Below, one piece after another: positions 6,065 to 11,026 of a stretch of DNA of 11,026 bases. Positions within the stretch are counted from its first letter, which is position 1. Each line of letters begins with the position of its first letter. The DNA is from Gemmatimonadales bacterium (lineage in GTDB: Bacteria; Gemmatimonadota; Gemmatimonadetes; Gemmatimonadales; GWC2-71-9). The DNA lies in NCBI GenBank assembly GCA_039794085.1, contig JBDIWC010000088.1, positions 1 through 11,026 on the forward strand, read 5' to 3'. The notes beneath the pieces were generated by a model. That model was not told the DNA's origin. It made no database searches and saw nothing but the letters and a program-made list of their open reading frames with translations. The translations under genes and the position numbers were made by a program.

Positions 6065-7654
6065 ATGCACCGCCTGCGAACCTTCACCCGGGCCGCCCTC
6101 CTGGTTGTGTCGGCCCTCGTCGTCCCCCACGCCGCCACTGCTCAATCCCCCGTCCTCCCCCTCCCCTCCTTCAGCCTCGCGTCGCTCCTTCAGGCCGCCG
6201 ACGGCGGATGGATGGCCCGGGTGGACGGCATCGCGGGCGTGGTCAATGGATGGATCAGCGCGGCGTTCTTCTACGACGTGATGTTCTGGGACCCCGATCA
6301 CCAGCTCCCGCTCGTGGTTCTCTGGTTGATCGTGGGCGCTGTATTCCTGACCGTGCGCATGGGGTTCATCAACATCCGGGGCTTCAAGCATGCCATCCAT
6401 GTGACCAGCGGGAAGTACAGCTCCCCCGACGATGCCGGCGAGGTCAGCCACTTTCAGGCTCTCACCACGGCGCTCTCCGCCACAGTGGGACTCGGCAACA
6501 TCGCCGGCGTGGCGATTGCGATCGCGATGGGTGGCCCCGGCGCCACCTTCTGGATGATCCTCGCCGGACTCATCGGGATGAGTTCGAAGTTCGCGGAGGT
6601 CACCCTGGGTCAGAAGTACCGGGAGGTACGGCCCGACGGACGGGTGATGGGCGGCGCGATGTTCTACCTCTCCAAGGGGCTCGGCGAGCAGGGGATGCCG
6701 GGCCTCGGGCGGACCCTGGCCATCCTCTTCGCCATTCTCTGCATCGGGGGCTCGATCGGGGGCGGCAACACCTTCCAGGTGAATCAGTCGCTCAACGCGA
6801 TGCAGGAGACCTTCCCCATTCTCGGTGAGATGCCGTGGATGTATGGCCTGGTCATGATGACCCTGGGCGGCATCGTGATCCTGGGGGGGATTCGCCGGAT
6901 CGCGGCCACCGCGGAAAAGATCGTGCCGTTCATGGTGTTGCTGTACGTCCTTGGGGCGCTTTTCGTCATCTTCACCAACCTCAGCAACGTGCCCTCGGCC
7001 TTCGCGTCCATTTTCCGTGAGGCCTTCAACCCCGACGCGATCTACGGCGGATTCATCGGCGTGCTGGTGACCGGGTTCCGGCGGGCGGCCTTTTCCAATG
7101 AGGCCGGGGCGGGCTCGGCGGCCATCGCCCACTCCGCGGCCCGGACAGCGTATCCGGTTCGGGAAGGCATCGTGGCCCTCCTGGAGCCGTTCATCGACAC
7201 GGTGGTGGTCTGCACCATGACGGCACTCGTCATCGTCATCACCGGGGCCTACAACAACCCCGAGTACGCCGACCTTATCGCCGGGAACCAGGGCGCGGCC
7301 CTGACCTCGCGCGCCATGAGCGAGCATCTCTCGTGGTTCCCGTATGTGCTGTCGATGGCGGTGTTCCTCTTTGCCTTCAGCACGATGATCAGCTGGTCCT
7401 ACTACGGGGAGCGCTGCTGGAGCTATCTCTTCGGCGACAGCTCCTCCCGCGTGTTCCAGATCATCTTCCTGATCTTCACCTTCCTCGGCTCGATCATCTC
7501 GGCGCAGAACGTGCTCGACTTTGGCGACCTGATGATTCTCGGCATGGCCTTCCCGAACCTGCTCGGCGTGGTGCTGCTGAGCGGCAAGGTGCGGGCCGAT
7601 CTCCGGAACTACTGGGGGATGTACAAGCGGGGTGAGTTCAAGGTGTACAAGTAA
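6065..7654 (+). CDS. Alanine/glycine:cation symporter (AGCS family, AgcS/AlsT-like amino acid carrier)
   Basis: Signature motifs GEVSHFQALTTALSATVGLGNIAGVAIAIAMGGPGATFWM, KFAEVTLGQKYR, GGAMFYL, GFRRAAFSNEAGAGSA, EPFIDTVVVCTMTA, FAFSTMISWSYYGE and MAFPNL; multiple hydrophobic segments. Confidence 0.96.
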   Translation: MHRLRTFTRAALLVVSALVVPHAATAQSPVLPLPSFSLASLLQAADGGWMARVDGIAGVVNGWISAAFFYDVMFWDPDHQLPLVVLWLIVGAVFLTVRMGFINIRGFKHAIHVTSGKYSSPDDAGEVSHFQALTTALSATVGLGNIAGVAIAIAMGGPGATFWMILAGLIGMSSKFAEVTLGQKYREVRPDGRVMGGAMFYLSKGLGEQGMPGLGRTLAILFAILCIGGSIGGGNTFQVNQSLNAMQETFPILGEMPWMYGLVMMTLGGIVILGGIRRIAATAEKIVPFMVLLYVLGALFVIFTNLSNVPSAFASIFREAFNPDAIYGGFIGVLVTGFRRAAFSNEAGAGSAAIAHSAARTAYPVREGIVALLEPFIDTVVVCTMTALVIVITGAYNNPEYADLIAGNQGAALTSRAMSEHLSWFPYVLSMAVFLFAFSTMISWSYYGERCWSYLFGDSSSRVFQIIFLIFTFLGSIISAQNVLDFGDLMILGMAFPNLLGVVLLSGKVRADLRNYWGMYKRGEFKVYK

Positions 7655-7661
7655 AGCACCC

Positions 7662-7689
7662 GTAGGGGCGACCCGTGGGTCGCCCCTAC
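7662..7689. repeat. GTAG-type REP-like perfect palindrome between convergent genes
   Basis: GTAGGGGCGACCC-GT-GGGTCGCCCCTAC, 13-bp perfect arms with GTAG at both 5' ends. It fills most of the 38-nt gap between the symporter and etfA stops and has no U-tract. Confidence 0.85.
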
Positions 7690-7692
7690 TGC

Positions 7693-8685
7693 CTACCCCC
7701 TCCCCCGTGCCTTCCCGATCTCTTCCGTCAGCCTCGGCACCACCTCGAACAGGTCCCCCACGATCCCGTAGTCGGCCACCTTGAAGATCGGAGCGTCCTT
7801 GTCGCGGTTGATGGCGACGATCACGCGGGAGGTCCGCATCCCGGCCAGGTGCTGGATCGCTCCGCTGATCCCCACCGCGATGTAGAGATCGGGACTCACC
7901 AGCCGCCCGGTCTGCCCGATCTGATCGGCGGGGTCGCGCCAGCCATCGTCGGTGACGGCCCGGGTGGCTCCCACCGCGGCCCGCCCCTTGAACGCCTCCG
8001 CGAGCGACTCCACCAGGGCAAAGTTAGCGGCCTCCCGGAGACCCCGACCCCCCGCCACGATCACCGGCGCCTCGGCCAAATCAAGGGTTCCCCCACCCCG
8101 GGTGTCCACCTCCGTCACCACCACGCGCGAGGCCCCGGGATCGACCGCCGGCGCGGCGGACTCCACCCGGGCCTCACGCGGTGATTCCGCGGCACTGACC
8201 GCACCGGGCCGGATCGAGAGCACGGCCGGGGTCCCCTCCAGGCGGAGCGTCGCGATCGCCTTGCCGGTGTACACCGGATGGGTGGCCGAGATCGCGTCCC
8301 CCTCCAGCGTGAAGGCGGTAACATCCGCAGCGAGCGGCACACCGAGGATCGCCGCGACCCGCGGAGCAAGGTCACGCCCCTCGGCGGAGGCGGAGAAGAC
8401 CGCGCCGCGATACCCGCCGGATGTGATCCGGGCCGCGACCGTGGCGGCGATCGCCTCGGGGTTGTAGCGCGCGAGGCCCTCATGCTCCACCGTCACCACC
8501 AGATCCGCGCCGTGGCGGCCCAGGTCGGAGGCCACCGAGGCGATCCCGGAGGAACCGGCCACCAGGGCATGCACCTCGCCACCGCCTGCGGCATCCACCG
8601 CCGCGCGCGCGGCCGTGACCGCCTCGAACGCCACCGAGCGGAGGGCACCACCTCGGGATTCCGCATACACCAGAAGAGTCGTCAT
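7693..8685 (-). CDS. etfA: Electron transfer flavoprotein alpha subunit
   Basis: Motifs [60 protein letters not shown] and [26 protein letters not shown] overlaps the etfB stop (TGATG). Confidence 0.97.
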   Translation of the reverse strand: MTTLLVYAESRGGALRSVAFEAVTAARAAVDAAGGGEVHALVAGSSGIASVASDLGRHGADLVVTVEHEGLARYNPEAIAATVAARITSGGYRGAVFSASAEGRDLAPRVAAILGVPLAADVTAFTLEGDAISATHPVYTGKAIATLRLEGTPAVLSIRPGAVSAAESPREARVESAAPAVDPGASRVVVTEVDTRGGGTLDLAEAPVIVAGGRGLREAANFALVESLAEAFKGRAAVGATRAVTDDGWRDPADQIGQTGRLVSPDLYIAVGISGAIQHLAGMRTSRVIVAINRDKDAPIFKVADYGIVGDLFEVVPRLTEEIGKARGRG

Positions 8686-9437
8686 CAGAGCACCTTCGCT
8701 TCGTCGCGGAGCAAACGGACAAGTTCGGGAACGGCGTCGGCTCCCTCGCCCACGATGCGTCCCGCGGGACGCTCGGGTGGTGGAGCCAGGGATGTGACGG
8801 CCAGGCGCACCGGACCCAACTGCGCGGGCCGTTCGTCGAGCGGCTTCTTCTTGGCGCCCATGATCCCCTTCAGGGACGGAATCCGCGGGCGGCCGAGTCC
8901 TTCGTCGATCGTCAGCACTGCGGGGAGCGGGAAGGTCACCGTCTCCACCGCACCCTCGAGCACCCGCTGGGCGGTGCCTCGACCGTCGGCGACGTCGAGC
9001 TTCGACACCGCGGTGACGCAGGGGAGGCCAAGCCGGTGAGCCACCATCGGACCGACAGCACCACTCCCGGTGTCGGTGGCGTTCCGTCCGAGAAGAATCA
9101 GGTCATATCCGCCCTCGGTGAGTGCCCCCGCAAGCGCCTCGGCCACGGCGGCCCCGTCGAACGGTACCTCCTCGGCGGTCAGGTGAACCGCGCGATCCGC
9201 GCCCATGCTCATGGCCCGGCGGAGCAACTCGGCCATGCCCGCCGGACCGAGTCCCACCACGGTCACGTCACCGGATCCGTGCGCCTCGTTCAGCCGGAGA
9301 GCCGCTTCCACGGCGTATTCATCGAAGGTGCTGATCTCGTACTTGAGACCCGAGGTGTCGAGGGCTTTTCCATCGGGGGCGATCGTGAAGCGGAGTTCCG
9401 TATCGGGAACGCGCTTGATGCAGACGGCAATCTTCAT
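8685..9437 (-). CDS. etfB: Electron transfer flavoprotein beta subunit
   Basis: Motifs MKIAVCIKRVPD, FDEYAVEAAL, AMSMGADRA, DLILLGRNATD and PRIPSLKGIMGAKKK. The true start is ATG 9437 with an AAGGA RBS at 9450-9446 (250 aa); this is the C-terminal part of the 617-aa track ORF. Confidence 0.96.
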   Translation of the reverse strand: MKIAVCIKRVPDTELRFTIAPDGKALDTSGLKYEISTFDEYAVEAALRLNEAHGSGDVTVVGLGPAGMAELLRRAMSMGADRAVHLTAEEVPFDGAAVAEALAGALTEGGYDLILLGRNATDTGSGAVGPMVAHRLGLPCVTAVSKLDVADGRGTAQRVLEGAVETVTFPLPAVLTIDEGLGRPRIPSLKGIMGAKKKPLDERPAQLGPVRLAVTSLAPPPERPAGRIVGEGADAVPELVRLLRDEAKVL

Positions 9438-9478
9438 GCGACAATTCCTTGTGAATGCGGGCGCCATCCCGGCGCCGG

Positions 9479-10675
9479 TCAGAACGCGGCGAGCCCGGTG
9501 ATCTCCTGCCCCAGGATCAGGGTGTGCATGTCGTGGGTGCCCTCGTAGGTGTACACCGACTCGAGGTTGGCCAGGTGCCGCATTGAGTGGTACTCCACCA
9601 GGATCCCGTTGGCGCCGAGGAGGCGGCGTGACTCGCGGGCGCACTCGGTGGCCATGTTCACATTGTTGCGCTTGGCCAGGGACACCTGCTGTGGCGTCAT
9701 GGTCCCCGCATCCTTGAGCCGTCCGAGCTGCAGGCAGAGGAGCTGGGCCTTGGTGATCTCCGAGAGCATCTCCACCAAGCGCGCCTGCTGGAGCTGGGTG
9801 CCGCCGATCGGACCGTCGAACATGACGCGCGTGGCGCTGTACCGCAGGGCCTCGTCGTAGCACGCCATCGCGGCACCGATCGCTCCCCAGCTGATGCCGT
9901 ACCGCGCCTGGGTGAGGCAGCTCAGGGGACTCTTGAGCCCCCCCGACTTCGGCAGGATCGCATCCTTCGGGACGTGCACGTCCTGCAGGTGGATCTCGGC
10001 GGTGTCGGAGGCGCGGAGGGAGAGCTTCCCCTTCTGGTCCTTCCCGGTGTAGCCCGGGGTGCTGGTGGGCACGATGAACCCGCGAATCGACCTGGCGTCG
10101 TGAATGTCGCCGGTCTTGGCCCAGATGATGGAGACGGTGGCCTGGGACCCGTTGGTGATCCACATCTTGGTCCCGTTGAGCACCCACCCGTCGGCGGTTT
10201 CCCGTGCCGTGGTGATCAATCCCCCGGGGTTCGAGCCGTAATCGGGCTCGGTAAGGCCGAAGCAGCCGATCTCCGCGCCCGACGCGAGCCGCGGGAGCCA
10301 CTGCTTCTTCTGCTCCTCGGAGCCGAAGGCGTAGATGGGATACATGACCAGGGCGCCCTGGACCGAGGCGAAGCTCCGGACCCCGCTGTCGCCCCGTTCG
10401 AGTTCCTGCATGATCAGCCCGTAGGCCACGTTGTTGAGGCCGGCGCAGCCGTATTCCTCGGGGAGATTGGCGCCGAAGAGGCCGAGTTCCGCCATCCCGG
10501 GCACCAGATGCTTCGGGAAGCGCCCCTCCATGTAGCACTCGCCGATGACAGGCATCAGGTGTTCATCCACCCAGGCGCGCACAGTGTCGCGAACGGCGCG
10601 TTCCTCCTCGGAGAGGAGGGAATCCATCTGGTAGAAGTCGGGACCGGTGAACCGGCCTTCGGTACCGCCAGCCAT
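9479..10675 (-). CDS. gcdH: Glutaryl-CoA dehydrogenase (acyl-CoA dehydrogenase family)
   Basis: GCD-type motifs YGLIMQELERGDSGVRSFASVQGALVMYPI, IGCFGLTEPDYGSNP, LNGTKMWITNG, KLSLRAS, ARYGISWG, SLAKRNN and HLANLESVYTYEGTHDMHTLILG (catalytic Glu in YEGT). Start ATG 10675 with GGAGG at 10684-10680 (398 aa). Substrate is inferred from motifs. Confidence 0.9.
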   Translation of the reverse strand: MAGGTEGRFTGPDFYQMDSLLSEEERAVRDTVRAWVDEHLMPVIGECYMEGRFPKHLVPGMAELGLFGANLPEEYGCAGLNNVAYGLIMQELERGDSGVRSFASVQGALVMYPIYAFGSEEQKKQWLPRLASGAEIGCFGLTEPDYGSNPGGLITTARETADGWVLNGTKMWITNGSQATVSIIWAKTGDIHDARSIRGFIVPTSTPGYTGKDQKGKLSLRASDTAEIHLQDVHVPKDAILPKSGGLKSPLSCLTQARYGISWGAIGAAMACYDEALRYSATRVMFDGPIGGTQLQQARLVEMLSEITKAQLLCLQLGRLKDAGTMTPQQVSLAKRNNVNMATECARESRRLLGANGILVEYHSMRHLANLESVYTYEGTHDMHTLILGQEITGLAAF

Positions 10676-10810
10676 CGGGCCTCCGTCGCGGGGCGAGGTG
10701 AAAACAGCACCGGAAAATAGCCCGGTCGGGGGCCAAATTGGAGGTACAATCATGGACGACCATCTCCTTGGCATCCCGCCATGGCATCCCATGCCGCCAT
10801 GCTGCATGAT

Positions 10811-10837
10811 CGTCATTCCGGCGAACGCCGGAATCCA
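10811..10837 (+). repeat. Third copy of the 27-nt CGTC-type REP-like palindrome
   Basis: CGTC-ATTCCGGCG-AA-CGCCGGAAT-CCA, with the same length and architecture as the copies at 3211 and 3252. Confidence 0.85.
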
Positions 10838-10870
10838 TGTTCCTCCGCCAAACCGACATCGCTCCCCATG

Positions 10871-10937
10871 TCTCGGTGGTTCACTCCAGGGGGGGTGATT
10901 CACCACGGAGAACACGGAGGTCACAGAGGGTCTCCGT
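10871..10937. repeat. Nonamer tandem array CACRGAGNN x3 (10904-10930) with inverted partial copies on both sides
   Basis: CACGGAGAA CACGGAGGT CACAGAGGG, preceded by TTCAC. TCTCGGTGGT (10871-10880) is the reverse complement of ACCACGGAGA (10902-10911) with one mismatch. TCTCCGT (10931-10937) is the exact reverse complement of 10905-10911. Confidence 0.65.
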
Positions 10938-11026
10938 ATGATTCCCGTCGCTCCACGCTTGCCACGCCGAGATCAAGAGTTGTTTTGTGGGGTGGATGGG
11001 CCCCCATCCTGCCGAGACCCGCCATC

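Noticed and set aside
5993..7327. Long antisense and alternate-frame ORFs (for example 5993..7327, 2247..3467, 1369..2379, 4337..5332, 9974..10720)
   Set aside because: They overlap well-supported genes, have no recognisable motifs, and are expected from stop-codon scarcity in high-GC DNA.
8685..10538. 617-aa ORF suggesting an N-terminally extended or fused EtfB
   Set aside because: The first 367 codons are an alternative frame overlapping gcdH, with Arg/Gly/Pro-rich shadow composition. EtfB homology and an RBS begin at ATG 9437.
10714..10750. Sigma-70 promoter elements for gcdH (TATTTT on -, TACAAT on +)
   Set aside because: No correctly spaced -35 partner was identified for the minus-strand hexamer, and TACAAT faces away from gcdH.
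10769..10808. Degenerate GGCATCCC/GCCATG repeats
   Set aside because: Only two short imperfect copies with irregular spacing; not enough to call an element.
10676..10924. 83-aa N-terminal extension of GcdH in the ORF track
   Set aside because: It runs through REP-like and nonamer repeats (WIPAFAGMT is the translated palindrome). A GGAGG RBS supports ATG 10675.

Overview
GC-rich bacterial chromosomal window. The gene style and lipoprotein N-termini suggest Gemmatimonadota, but that is an impression only. The window opens in the left end of an IS5-family element (terminal IR plus the first 15 codons of the transposase). Next comes a translationally coupled minus-strand pair: an SDR oxidoreductase and a 682-aa putative lipoprotein with an Ig-like domain and 14 beta-propeller blades. 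A DUF6174-like lipoprotein follows, preceded by what reads as a complete sigma-54 promoter (enhancer palindromes, IHF site, -24/-12). The rest is an acyl-CoA oxidation electron chain (glutaryl-CoA dehydrogenase, etfB, etfA, ETF:quinone oxidoreductase), interrupted by an oppositely oriented alanine/glycine:cation symporter. Most intergenic gaps hold small repeat elements: CGTC-type and GTAG-type REP-like hairpins, three unrelated 7-nt tandem arrays (one arranged as a 33-bp inverted repeat) and a 9-nt array. The main oddities are this repeat landscape, the ETF-QO lacking one of its four [4Fe-4S] cysteines, and the sigma-54 architecture. No database search was run; family assignments come from motif recognition.
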